A stretch of 63,861 nucleotides of DNA, filler included, from Chiloscyllium plagiosum (lineage: Eukaryota), in assembly GCF_004010195.1 (NCBI RefSeq). It is 3 parts of one record of this genome, joined end to end, with 100 filler letters (N's around TTAATTAATTAA, not from the genome) between each part and the next. Parts side by side here need not be neighbours in the genome. Positions count along the whole stretch, not along the records: positions 1 to 29,912 come from NC_057715.1; 2 more parts are not named here. One strand, 5' to 3'. This document shows positions 1 through 11,568 of the stretch, piece by piece. Numbering within the stretch: position 1 is the stretch's first letter; each line of letters starts with the position of its first letter. A model generated the notes under the pieces. The model saw only the letters and a program-made list of their open reading frames with translations. It did no database searches and was not told the origin of the DNA. The translations under genes were made by a program, and so were the position numbers.

Positions 1-573
1 AAGAGCTGAGTCAACAAGAATGAAAACTATGTGATGGAGGGATGGGGGATAGGGAGAATGTAGTTAAATGTGCATACAAGAATGAAACGTGCCTGCAAAT
101 AATGGTAGATGTTACAGACAAATAGATAAGGTGCTGTGAGGATGTAGGTTAAGCCAGATATGCTTGTTCAAGCAGTAGTTATAAGCATCTGTTTCCCACT
201 TCTGCAAAAACAAATAAACAGCCCCAATTAAAAGGGCATAAGGATCAATATGGTTGGGGAAAGGGAGGACATGTCACAAGTGGCAGAAATAGCAGTGCAG
301 GAGGATATACCTAACAATGGGCCACAGCAGAATGTGGTGAAATGGCCAAAGAAAACTTGTACTTTGTTATGCACAAGGCCGGATACGTCAAGAGATAGAC
401 AATAGGAATGGGCACCGGGTTGGGAGTAGTGAATCCTATATAAGATGTGTACTTGCTAAACTCTGGGTGTCTATTTCAGGCACCAGGCTTGCAAGTGTAT
501 AATAAACATACTGATTGCTTCAGATCTGGTCTCGGACTGAAATTATTGAAGTGAGTGAGCTTTGTTTCTCACA
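1..573 (+). mobile_element. LTR of an LTR retrotransposon/ERV, 5' end outside the window
   Basis: TATA-like CCTATATAAG (~434-443), AATAAA at 501-506, U5-like tail ending TTTCTCACA at 573; no obvious PBS follows. Confidence 0.55.
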
Positions 574-1289
574 AGATCAATCTGGGTCTTGAAGGGAACA
601 GTGTCCTTCACTCAGCCTCCAATGTACTGCAGCCACAAACTCACAGGAGGAACAAAGCTCAGGACGTTTCACAAAACCAGAATGCTGCAAATGGAAATAA
701 CGTCCAAAAGGGCAGCAGAGGCTCGCACCAATTAAAATTAAACCCCAGAGTGTACCTCTGAAAGAGGAGGTGAGTTTAGACTGCCCCAGGGACAGGCAAT
801 GGCGACAGAAGAGAGTGTGAGTCAGCAGAAATAAGGCAGAGCCTGGGACTGTGCAAAGTACAAAATCCTGCAATGTTGCATTGGGAGGTGTGAGGAGGAG
901 AGGTCCAGAGAGCCTCCAGTCGCTCCCACAAGACAGTGGGACTGTTCGCTATCCTGGGCAATGCCAACGATGCCAGCACAAGGACATCAGTGTACAGAAA
1001 CAATTAGTGAGCTCACACAACCCCCCTGTCCGTTTCTGTGGATACTCTTTCAAAATGCCATATTCTGACGCAATTAAAGCCAATCAACATTATGCAAGAC
1101 AACCATTAGTGACATAGGAATTGTTTTAATCAATTATAGTACATAGCTAATGATCACGGCTTTATCCCACTTAATGACAGTTCCGAACCACAGGAATAAC
1201 AACATCCAAACAGATTGAATCACTCACTCACTCAATAACCCTTTCATTTAGCAGGAGCAGGTGCTGGACAGCCAAAAGCAACAGACCCT

Positions 1290-1940
1290 GAACTGGGGGC
1301 AGTGTCAGGGAGAGGGGTCAGAATATGGCACAGGGAGAGGGGTCAGGATATGGCACAGGGAGGGCGGTCAGACAGATAGGTCAGGGAGTGGGGACAGAGG
1401 GAGGGGGGGACAGAGAGAGGGGTGACAGAGAGAGGGGTGACAGAGAGATTGGGGACAGAGAAAGGCGGTGACAGAGAAATGGGTGCACAGGGAGAGGGGG
1501 CAGAAAGCGGGGCAATGAGAGGGGGACAGAGAGAGGGTCCCCCTCTGGAGGGNNNNNNNNNNNNNNNNNNNNNNNNNNNNNNNNNNNNNNNNNNNNNNNN
1601 NNNNNNNNNNNNNNNNNNNNNNNNNNNNNNNNNNNNNNNNNNNNNNNNNNNNNNNNNNNNNNNNNNNNNNNNNNNNNNNNNNNNNNNNNNNNNNNNNNNN
1701 NNNNNNNNNNNNNNNNNNNNNNNNNNNNNNNNNNNNNNNNNNNNNNNNNNNNNNNNNNNNNNNNNNNNGAAAAGGGGCAAGTGCAGGGGAAGGTAAGGAG
1801 TAAGGAACAAGGGATGAGGCATGAGCAGGGGCAAGAGATAGGAGCCGGGGAGGGGAACAGGGGCCAGGGCAGAGTCGATGAAGGGATGGGATCAGGATAG
1901 GGGCAGGCAGAGGGGTCAGTGGTGAGCAGAGGGTACGACA
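1290..1940. repeat. Purine-rich low-complexity repeat spanning a gap (N 1553-1768)
   Basis: Repeated GGGACAGAGAGAGGGG / CAGGGAGAGGGG-like units. Confidence 0.8.
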
Positions 1941-3291
1941 CGTCTAAATGTTTTTACTAACATGGGGCAGGGAGGGCGATCATCATCATTGAGTGTGCGT
2001 GACTGAGAACATAGATCTCTCTGGACCTGAAACACTCAACGTGCTTCATACCGAGCCACTCCCTCACAGCCCCATTCCCCTGCAACTCACAATCAGCTTT
2101 GATGACACCAGATGGTGTAAACATGCCTGTCTTCTCTTCCTTAACCCCTCGATACAAACCTCATCTGGTGACACAGAAACAGAAAATGTTGGGAATTCTG
2201 GGGCAGGACTAGTGACAGCTGGAGAGAGAGAAATAGAGTTATCGTTTGAGTCCGATATGACATTTCCACAGAACAATTCTTCTTCACTTCTGAGGAACAG
2301 TCTGGTCGGATGTGAAATGTTGTGCTGCAACTCACTTTTTTTTTTCATCTAACTGTGAGTTGTGTTAGTCTTTATGGGGGATTCTCACCGTGAAGTCTCG
2401 GGAGATTTCTCATTGTATCTTATTAAACTTGCCCCATTACCTCGGTAAATAATGGGCCTCCCTCACAACCAGATCAACTCTCCACCCATTGGATGTCTGC
2501 CAAGACCAGCATCGCTTGGACCTACACCATCTGCATTGGCTTTCCAAGGCGGCTCGATTCAGCCAAGGACCAAATCTGAACGTGTCAGAGAAAGGAAAGA
2601 TGGCAATACCATTCTCTGATAAGGGGTTTGAGGTCCTGGTACAGGGGAAGCTGCAAATTAGGGCTCCCCTAGATTGGGAGGACTGCCATCCAATCAGAGG
2701 TTGCCATCTGAGTCAGTACCATCTCAGCGGTGTGGAGGAATTTGCAGCAGTGCTGAAAGGAGGTCAATGACCTTCTGTTGTGCCAGGCTAAGGGCCACAC
2801 TCTTATCTCTGGTACCTGACGCTCTCACTATGTCTGGCACTGCAACCACCTCCCAACAATGCTCATGCTCTCCCGCTCTTCCTGTTATCCATAAGATCTT
2901 TCCACAGTCAATTCCCCCCCCCCACCTTCCAGTCCTACCTTCTCCATGGCTTGCAGGGCCTCTGTACTGCCTCCTAACTCATCACCTACACCAGCCAAGG
3001 CACTCAATCCCTCACTATCACATTCCAGGGGAACCCAGCCTGTATTGTGCCAGAAAGGCCCTGCACCGGTGCAGGGGATGCCCAGCAACCAGCTCCCGGG
3101 GAACCGGGACTACCCCAGCAGAGATTCCGAGACACTACGGCCCAGCAAGCAGGTAGATACCACTCTCCATTCGCTGTGACTCCCCAACCCCCAGTCCCAC
3201 ACATCTCAGTCAACACATGGCGATGGATTCCCAGACGTCATTTGATAAGGGTGGGGGCAGGGAGGGTAACATATTGGTGGAGATTGTGGAT

Positions 3292-3490
3292 TCGAGCTGA
3301 AAATGTGTTGCTGGAAAAGCGCAACAGGTCAGGCAGCATCCAAGGAGCAGAAGAATCAACGTTTCGGGCATAAGCCCTTCATGCCCGAAATGTCGATTCT
3401 CCTGTTCCTTGGATGCTGCCTGACCTGCTACGCTTTTCCAGCAACACATTTTCAGCTCTGATCTCCAGCATCTGCAGCCCTCACTTTCTC
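3292..3490. mobile_element. Palindromic remnant of Penelope-like terminal repeat (family B)
   Basis: GCTGAAAATGTGTTGCTGGAAAAGCGC... followed by its reverse complement; same family as 11009, 31098, 63703. Confidence 0.7.
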
Positions 3491-4250
3491 TTGGAGATTG
3501 TGGATTGGCTGGTTAACAGGAAGCAGAGAGTAGGAAGAAGGCTTCTTACTCAGGGTGAAAGATGTCATGAGTGGTGTGTCACAGGAGTCACTGCTGGGTC
3601 AATTCTAATTTATTTGATGACTTTGAGGAGGAGGTCAAAGGTGAGGCAGTTAAATTTGCTAATGTCATAAAGTGGGCTGTCAAGAGGAATTAAGGAGCTT
3701 ACAAAGGGACAGAGGTAGGATCTGTAATGGTTAAAGGTCTGGTAAATGGAGTATAACATGGAAATTGTGAAATTTTGTCTAAAAGAATGACTAAAAAAAT
3801 TCTCTGAACAGTGAGAGGTTGCAGAGTTCTGGGAAACAAAGGAGCTGGGTATCCTCATGTATGAATCACCGAAGGTTAGTCTGCAGGTACAAAATGATCA
3901 AGAAAGCTCAGAGAATGTCTTATTTGATTATGAGGGGAATTGAAAACAAGAGTACAGAGGTTAGGCTTCAGTTTGGCAGGGCATTGGTGCGATCACGTCC
4001 GGTCTCACCGTACTTGCAGAAGGATGTTAATGTGTTGGAAGGTGTTCAGAGAATGTTTACTGGACTAATCCCTGAAGGAGTGGATTACCGTATGAGGAAA
4101 GGCCAGACAGGTCAAGCCTGTATCCTCTGGAGTTTAGCAGAGTCTGAATCCTGAGGGACCTGATTGTGTGGATGTTAAAAGGGTGTTTTCTCTTGTTTGA
4201 AAATCTCGAACTAGAGGTCATATTTTAAAATAAGGAGGCGCCCATTTAAT
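3491..4250 (+). mobile_element. Degenerate CR1/HER1-type LINE ORF2 3' fragment
   Basis: Remnant peptide GIENKSTEVRLQFGRALVRS...LEGVQRMFTGLIP resembles CR1 ORF2 C-terminus. Confidence 0.75.
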
Positions 4251-4332
4251 ACTGTGGTCAGGTAGCCAGCAAGGGAAAGACTGTTTCAGAATTAAAATCA
4301 AGCATGCTGGGAAATTTAGTCAAGCTAGTTTA

Positions 4333-4630
4333 GAATCATAGAACTGGTACAGCATGGAAAGAGGCCATTCAGCCCACTGAATTCACACTGATTCTCCCAA
4401 GAGCCTGGTACTTAGGCCATTCCCCATAACCTTGCTATCCCCATGGCTAACCCACCTAACCTGCACATCCCTGGATACTATAGGCAATTTAGCACGGCCA
4501 ATCCTCTCTAACCTACACTTCTTTGGAATGTGGGTAGGAACCCATGTAGAAATGGAGAGAATGTGCAAACCCCACACAGATAAGGGCCCAAAGGTGGAAT
4601 TGAATCTGTGTCCTTCACCACTGAGCCGCC
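4333..4630 (-). mobile_element. HE1-like tRNA-derived SINE (degenerate)
   Basis: Shares CCTAACCTGCACATC...AGAATGTGCAAAC..CACACAGA core with copies at 24722 and 56900. Confidence 0.7.
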
Positions 4631-5467
4631 CAGGAGTTTAAGTTCTGACTTTGGTTCAATCTGCACCTAGGACATAATGTGATCTGTCCTGAAACTGCGA
4701 CCTGCAGTTTCCTGTGTTGACCAAATAAGGAAGTTGTATGTTGGTCTGCTCGATCATGTTACCCTCCAGAGAGGGTGGCATGTGGCTGGTTATGATTTGG
4801 TTTCAACATTTGAGAGTTGTTTACCAGCAAACTCCACTGGCTGGGATCCAACATTGGGATCAGGTTTGGTCAATTCCTTGGCTGACTGCCAGAGAAGTTT
4901 CCAGAAAATGAGCACACTTGGGAAAAACGTCACCAGCACAGATGATTTTGCAGGAGTGAGCCTTGAGAGCCACATTTGAGAAGTACGCACCTTGACATTA
5001 CATTCTCAGGGACAAAGAACCACCCAGCCAGATCAACACTGACAGCGACAACTGGCCGTTTCACCCGAATCGAGGTGGTATTGACTTCAAGCCAACCCTT
5101 ATTAGAGTTAAAGTTAGCTTTAAGTGAAGATTAAATTAAAGTTAACTAAAGTGAAGTTAAATGAAGTGAGTTAAAGCTGAAATTTGGTTAGATGAAGTTA
5201 GAAGTAAATGTTTCAATTAATTTCAGTTTTACATTGAGTATTGGTACCTGAAGAGTTAAATAAGGAAGGGTTTGTTTAATTAAAGACTAAATTGACTCAC
5301 TGTCTTTTGACTATTGCACAATGGAAGAATTCCTGGGAACAAGGCTCCACCCCTCCACTCAGGTAATCAGTAAGAGATGCAGAGTTTGGATTCTCTCACA
5401 CGTTTGTAAATCTTTGGTGAGCAGGGAGCTGAAGTTATTCAGGGAATGCAGGAATGTAGAGTTGAGG

Positions 5468-5764
5468 TTAAAGTCAGACCCAGGATAGATCTTATTAAAG
5501 TCAGACCCAGGCTAGATCTTATTAAAGTCAGACCCAGGCTAGACCTTATTAAAGTCAGACCCAGGATAGATCTTATTAAAGTCAGACCCAGGCTAGATCT
5601 TATTAAAGTCAGACCCAGGCTAGACCTTATTAAAGTCAGACCCAGGCTAGACCTTATTAAAGTCAGACCCAGGCTAGACCTTATTAAAGTCAGACCCAGG
5701 CTAGACCTTATTAAGGTCAGACCCAAGCTAGACCTTATTAAAGTCAGACCCAGGCTAGACCTTA
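5468..5764 (+). repeat. 27-bp minisatellite, 11 copies (TTAAAGTCAGACCCAGGCTAGACCTTA)
   Basis: Constant 27-bp period; sits inside a CR1 3' tail. Confidence 0.95.
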
Positions 5765-5917
5765 TTGAATGGTGGAGCAGACTTGAAAGGACAATGGCCT
5801 ACTCTTGTCCCAGTTTTTTCTGAAAGTTTTTTTTGTCTGGGAGAATTGAGGCAATTTGTTAGTAGTTGAGGAGATTTGTTAGCAGTTTTGTCTGAGAGAA
5901 TTGTGGAGATTTGTTAG

Positions 5918-6825
5918 CAAAGAACAAAGAAAATTTACAGCCCAGGAACAGGCCCTTCGGCCCTCCAAGCCTGAGCCAATCCAAATGTTCTATCTAAACC
6001 TGCCGGTCAATTCCTAAGCATCTGTATCCCTCTGCTCCCCACTTACTCATGCATCTGTCCAGACGCATCTTAAATGAATCTACCATGCCTGCCTCTACCA
6101 CCTCTGCTGGCACCGTGTTCCAGATGCCCACCACCCTTTGGGTGAAGTACTTGCAGCGTGTATCCCCATTAAACTTTCCACCTCTCACCTTGAAAGCATG
6201 ACCTCTCGTTACTGAATCCTTCACCCTGGGAAAAAGCTTGGCTCTATCCACCCTGTCTATACCCTTCATGATTTTGTAAAGCTCAATCAGATCCCCCCTC
6301 ACTCTCCTTTTTTTCTAATGAAAACAAGCCTAATCTACTCAACCTCTCTTCATAGCTAGCACCTTCCGTACCAGGCAACATCCTCGTAAACCTTCTCTGC
6401 ACCCTCTCCAAAGCGTCCTTTTGGCAATGTGGCAACCAGGACTGTACACAGTATTCTAAATGCAGCCGAACCAATGTCTTGTACAATTTTAACATTACTT
6501 GCCAGCTCTTGTACTCAATACCCTATCCAATGAAGGCAAGCGTACCATATGCCTTCTTGACCACCCTATCTACCTGTGCAGCAACCTTCAGGGTACAATG
6601 GACCTGCGCTCCCAGATCTCTCTGCCCATCAACTTTTCCCAAGGCTGTTCCATTCATTGTATAATTCGCTCGAGAATTAGTCTTGCCTAAATGCATCAAC
6701 TCCCATTTGTCTGGATTGAAAGCCATCTGCCACTTTTCCACCCAACTCTCCAGTCTATCTATATCCTCCTGTATTCTCTGACAGTCCCTTATGCTTTCTG
6801 CTACTCCACCAGTCTTTGTGTCAGC
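5918..6825 (-). mobile_element. CR1/HER1-type LINE 3' fragment
   Basis: Frameshifted ORF pieces WQMAFNPDKW, MLKLYKTLVRLHLEYCVQ, RGDLIELYKIMKGIDRV. Confidence 0.9.
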
Positions 6826-7635
6826 TTTGTCTGGGAGAATAGAGAAGATTTGTTAACAGTTTTCAAAATTAAAAGGGTCCCCTTGATAAAATAGCAAAGG
6901 AGAAACTGATCCGATTGGCTAAGGTCAGAGGGCACCAACTTAGGTTGATTGCCATTAGATCAAAAAGTGCCACGGGGAATAATTTTGTTACATAATGAGT
7001 GGGTCAGATCGCCTCTGTGAGGAGCCGAATACAATTGTGCTTTTCAAAATTATATCAATTATCTGAATAGAAAACAATTGCAAGGCTCCAGAGTGAATGT
7101 GAATGAAGGGAAGTAAATAACATATATTTACAAATTAAAGGACTCCTCCCCCAAGCAGTGCTGCTGAAGTCGTTCTTGATCCACTTAATTCAAATTAAAC
7201 AGATAAAGCTTCCTTTTGGAGCAGTGAACACAATATAATAATGTTTTAAGACCAAACACAAAATAGAAGTGAGCTGAGGAGAACAGAAACTAAGTTCAGT
7301 GTGGGATTCTTAAAAGACTGAACACTAATCCAGTGAAAATCATGAAAATATAGAATTAATACAATAAAGAAAGATGGTTGCAAAGCCTGAATTCTTCTCA
7401 TAACTCACTGCAGTATCTCACTGGAAATCAAGCTCCATTATTGTTGGAGTCATCATAAAAGTTAAAGATTTGAAAATAGGTACACAAATTTTCCCAATTT
7501 ATCTCATGTTCACACCCAGGTTAAGAGCAAACATTGACCATTTACAAGTAGTTAGCCTCAAGCTGCATGTAAACAGTTATAAACTATCAGCGACTAACCC
7601 TACTAATCAAATTCCAACCCCCTTATAAACTTCCC

Positions 7636-7713
7636 ACACATGCACACACAAACAAACATGCACACACAGAAACAAACATGCGCATACACACACACACAAA
7701 CACACACACACAC
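7636..7713. repeat. Imperfect (CA)n microsatellite
   Basis: CACACA/CAAA runs. Confidence 0.8.
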
Positions 7714-7865
7714 AAAGAAAAACTGACAGGCAGCTCAGTGCAGAGTATTTGTAGGTTGCTAAGAATATCCTTATGATTCTTACTCTGGTGAGAACCATGC
7801 ATTACATTTGTCTTTCTTCAGATACCTACACTGGCTTGTAAAAAAGAGGCACAAGTAGGCTAATT

Positions 7866-8720
7866 CATAGAGTCATAGAGATGTACAGCATGGAAACAGA
7901 CCCTTCGGTCCAACCCGTCCATACCTACTAGATATCCCAACCCAATCTAGTCCCACCTGCCAGCACCCGGCCCATATCTCTCCAAACCCTTCGTATTTGT
8001 TTACCCATCCAGATGACTTTTAAATGTTGCAATTCTACCAGCCTCCACCACTTCCTCTGGCAGCTCATTCCATACATGTACCACCCTCTGAGTAAAAATG
8101 TGGCCCCTTAAGTCCCTTTTAAATCTTTCCCTTCTCACCTTAAATCTATGTCTCTTGTTCTGGCTCACCCACCCCAGGAAAAAAAACCTTTTCTATTTAC
8201 CCTATCCACACCCCTCATGATTTTGTAAACCTCTATAAGGTTACCCCTCAGCCTCTGATAGTCCAGGGAAAACAGCCCCAGCCTGTTCAGCCTCTCCCTA
8301 TAGCTCAAATCCTGCAACCCTGGCAACATCCCTATAAATCTTTTCTGAACCTTTTCAAGTTTCACAACATCTTTCCGATAGCAGGAAGACCAGAATTGTA
8401 CACAATATTCCAACAGTGGCCTAACCAATGTCCTGTACAACTGCAACATGACCTCCCAACTCCTGTACTCAATACTCTGACCAATAAAAGCAAGATATTG
8501 AACACCTCCTTCACCACGGGTCAGTTAGACTAGAAATGTCAGCTCTTTTCTCTCCTTACAGATGCTGCCAGACCTGCTGAGATTTTCCAGCATTTTCTCT
8601 TTTACCTTCTTCACTATCCTGTCTACCTGTGACTCCACTTTCAAGGAACTATGAACCTGAACTCCCATGTATTTTTGTTAGGTAACCTGCCCCAGAGCCT
8701 TACTATTAAGTGCTAAAGAC
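7866..8720 (-). mobile_element. CR1/HER1-type LINE 3' fragment, with a small Penelope-like insert near 8520-8600
   Basis: ORF MLQLYRTLVRPLLEYCVQFWS...LEKVQKRF; 3' tail repeat (CTATGACT) at the left end. Confidence 0.9.
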
Positions 8721-9243
8721 CATAAGACTATAAGACATAGGAGCAGAAATTGGGCCATTCAGCCCATTGAGTGTGCTCTGCCATTTGACCGTGGCTTCTA
8801 GGTTTATCAACTAAATTTTCCTGCTTTCTCCTTATAACCTTTGATCCCTTTGGCAATTAAGAACTTTACTCTAAGGCTGTGCCTTCAGGTCCTCATCTCT
8901 CCTGCCAATGGACACATCGTCCCAACATCCACTGTGTCCAGGCCATTCAGTATTCTGTAAGTTTCAATGTGGTTCCTCCTTCATCCTTCTAAACTCCATC
9001 AAGTCCAGTTCCAGAGTCCTCAAATGTTCCTCATGTGTTCAGCTGTTCATTCCTGGGACCATTCTCATGAACCTCCTCTGGACCCACTCCAGGGCCTGTA
9101 CATTCTTCCTGAGATATGGGGCCCAAAATTGCTCACAATACTCTTAATATGGTCTGGCCAGAGCCTTACAGAGCCTAAGAAGTACATTCCTGCTTTAATA
9201 TTCTAGTCCTCTCAAATAAGTGCCATCATTATATTTGGAAACA

Positions 9244-9278
9244 CACTAGCTTTCGGAGTGACGCTCCTTCATCAGGTG
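9244..9278 (-). ncRNA. Minimal type I hammerhead ribozyme motif (family A)
   Basis: Minus strand CAC-CTGATGA-A-GGAG(CGTCA)CTCC-GAAA-GCT-A-GTG. Confidence 0.65.
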
Positions 9279-10461
9279 ATGGTGGAGGGCTCGATCGTAA
9301 CACAGAATTTATAGCAAAAATTTACAGTGTGATGTAACTGAAATTATACATTGAAAATTTGATTGTTAAGCCTTTCATCTGTTAGAATACAGTGATAGTT
9401 TCACTTCTTTCATGTGTAAATCACAAAACCCTTTTTTTAAAAGTTGCATTCTCGGGTTAGCTGTTAACAATGGTGATAGCTAGACAATGTGTTGAAGGTG
9501 TTAGCCCCCTGTGTTCTCTGTCTATGACCTGATGTTTAGATTGATTCTAATCTAAAAAGTGAGATAACAGAGTTTTACATAAATTCATGCAGTTTTTCAG
9601 CTCAAATCCGAGAGTTCAACCAATTGAATTGCATCTGAAATGCAATTCCTAACATTTATCTTTAAAATAAGAAAAGGTTAGAGTCTGTATGTTCTTCTGT
9701 ATAGTTTGAGGGAGTTTGGTCTGGGCCATAACACCATTGTACTAGTTGTCCAGCTTCAGCCTATCTCTGGAATGTACTTTGGATGCAGGATACGAGCCAG
9801 CAAAGCTATCAAAAACTGTGACTACCAGCTATCCCACAGAGAGAATCCATACCACCTTTCAACAGTACTCCATCACAGTGACAACCTAGTTCCTGAATTA
9901 AACAGGCAATTGATAGAGCAATTCCATTTCAGAGCCAACTGCTCTTCTCAAACTGGAAGGCTTCTGCCTGGTACTCCCAATTTCAAAGCTTACCCTCTGC
10001 CCCTAACTGGACGGAAAATGTGTTTCCGTGGCAATTTAGAGGGTATCCCCATTAAAATCTCATAGAGTCAGTGGGTTGGAAATCTGCATCACACATCCAC
10101 ATTGTTTGTACAATGAAAAACAACAGCCAAGGTATGATGGTCAGTGTTGTGACCTGGTGCAGAAACCGAAGGTGAATAGGTTATTAAAATAAGCTTGCAG
10201 AGCACATTAAACCCTACACTGTGTAATGCTAGGTTATATTCTCCTACTATCTCCCATAGCTACTTATACCCCTCTTGACATAGTACGGCACTTGCATGCC
10301 TGTTCAGTGACATTACACTCACCTTACAGAAACAATGAACCTTATGTCAACTCTATTCATCTCAGCCCCCAATATTGTTTAACCTCTTCCCAATCTATTA
10401 TTACGGCGCTTCATTTTCTCCACTTTGCTATAAATTCTGTTATGATCGAGCCCTCCACTAT

Positions 10462-10496
10462 CACCTGATGAAGGAGCGTCGCTCCGAAAGCTAGTG
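10462..10496 (+). ncRNA. Minimal type I hammerhead ribozyme motif (family A), intact core
   Basis: CAC-CTGATGA-A-GGAGC(GTC)GCTCC-GAAA-GCT-A-GTG: helix I CAC/GTG, 5-bp helix II, palindromic AGCT helix III. Confidence 0.75.
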
Positions 10497-11008
10497 TGCT
10501 TCCAATTAAACCTGTTGGACTATAACCTGGTGTTGTGTGATTTTAAACTTTGTACACCCCAGTCCAACACCGGCATCTCCAAATCATCATTATATTTGCC
10601 TTCCTAACTCCTGGCTGAACCTGCAAGTTTACCTTCATAGAAACCTGGACCAGAATTCCCAAGTCCCTTTGCACTTCCGATTTCTGAACTTTCTCTCTAT
10701 TCTTTCTACCAAAGTGCATGGTCTTTGTAAACTTCCCAAACCCCTGGCTTCCCACTGCCCTGCACTACTTTCTCTTTTGTTGATATGTTGTCCCTGATTT
10801 CCGTAGTCAGCATGGTTGCCTCATTGTCCCTTTACTATGTTCCTTTTTCCTTGGGATGAATTGTTACTGTGGCTCTCTAATTACTCCCAGAAACTCCTAC
10901 CATTGATATTCCACTGTCTTTCCTGCTAGGCTTCTCTCCCAGTCAATTCCAGTCAGCTCCTCCCTCATGCCTCTATAGTTGCCTTTATTCAACTGTAGTA
11001 CACCTGGG

Positions 11009-11237
11009 AGAAAGTGAGGACTGCAGATGCTGGACATCAGAGCTGAAAAATGTGTTGCTGGAAAAGCGCAGCAGGTCAGGCAGCAACCAAGGAGCAGGAG
11101 AATCGACGTTTCAGGCATAAGCCCTTCTTCAGGAATCCTTCTTCCTGAAGAAGGGCTTATGCCCAAAACATCCATTCTCCTGCTCCTTGGATGCTGCCTG
11201 ACCTGCTGCGCTTTTCCAGCAACACATTTTTCGGCTG
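11009..11237. mobile_element. Palindromic Penelope-like terminal repeat pair (family B)
   Basis: Inverted arms around 11137-11140; minus arm keeps a hammerhead core (11101-11136), plus arm is degenerate (GAAA->AAAA). Confidence 0.75.
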
Positions 11238-11269
11238 TAGTATACCTGGTACTATTACAGCATTGATAA

Positions 11270-11421
11270 GGGACCTGGGTGGGTATATGAATAGAAAGGG
11301 TTTAGGAGGATATGGGCCAAGTGCTGGCAGGTGGGACTAGATTGGGTTAGGATATCTGGTTGGCATAGATGAGTTGGACCAAAGGATCTGTTTCCTTGCT
11401 GTACATCTCTATGACTCTATG
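11270..11421 (+). mobile_element. CR1 3' tail fragment
   Basis: Reverse complement of ~7866-8010; ends CTCTATGACTCTATG. Confidence 0.8.
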
Positions 11422-11533
11422 AATTAGCCTACTTGTGTCTCTTTTACAATCAGTGTAAGTATCTGAAGAAAGACAAATGTAAAGCATGGTTCTCACCAGC
11501 AGGGGTCTCCCAGTTTCCCTAATACTCTACAAC

Positions 11534-11568
11534 CACCTGATGAAGGGGCAGCGCTCCGAAAGCTAGTG
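11534..11568 (+). ncRNA. Minimal type I hammerhead ribozyme motif (family A) in a short Penelope-like fragment (~11532-11625)
   Basis: CAC-CTGATGA-A-GGGGC(AGC)GCTCC-GAAA-GCT-A-GTG. Confidence 0.65.

Larger units (their letters stand above)
9238..10584. mobile_element. Penelope-like insertion (family A) with inverted terminal copies and 14-bp target-site duplication
   Basis: CATCATTATATTTG at 9224-9237 and 10585-10598; left end is the reverse complement of ~10425-10500; a hammerhead motif lies in each end. Confidence 0.75.
8723..11000 (-). mobile_element. CR1-type LINE fragment interrupted by a Penelope-like insertion
   Basis: CR1 tail (CATAAGA repeats) at 8721-8740; CR1-like sequence resumes after 10598 (VQRDLGILVQ..., QLNKGNYRGMREEL). 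Confidence 0.7.

Noticed and set aside
2380..3260. GC-richer ORF cluster (similar at 26720-27340)
   Set aside because: No recognisable domain or exon structure; probably degenerate repeats I cannot classify
5439..5823. Repetitive ORFs (LGLTLIRSS / KVRPRLDLI)
   Set aside because: A 27-bp unit without stops; no sign of a gene
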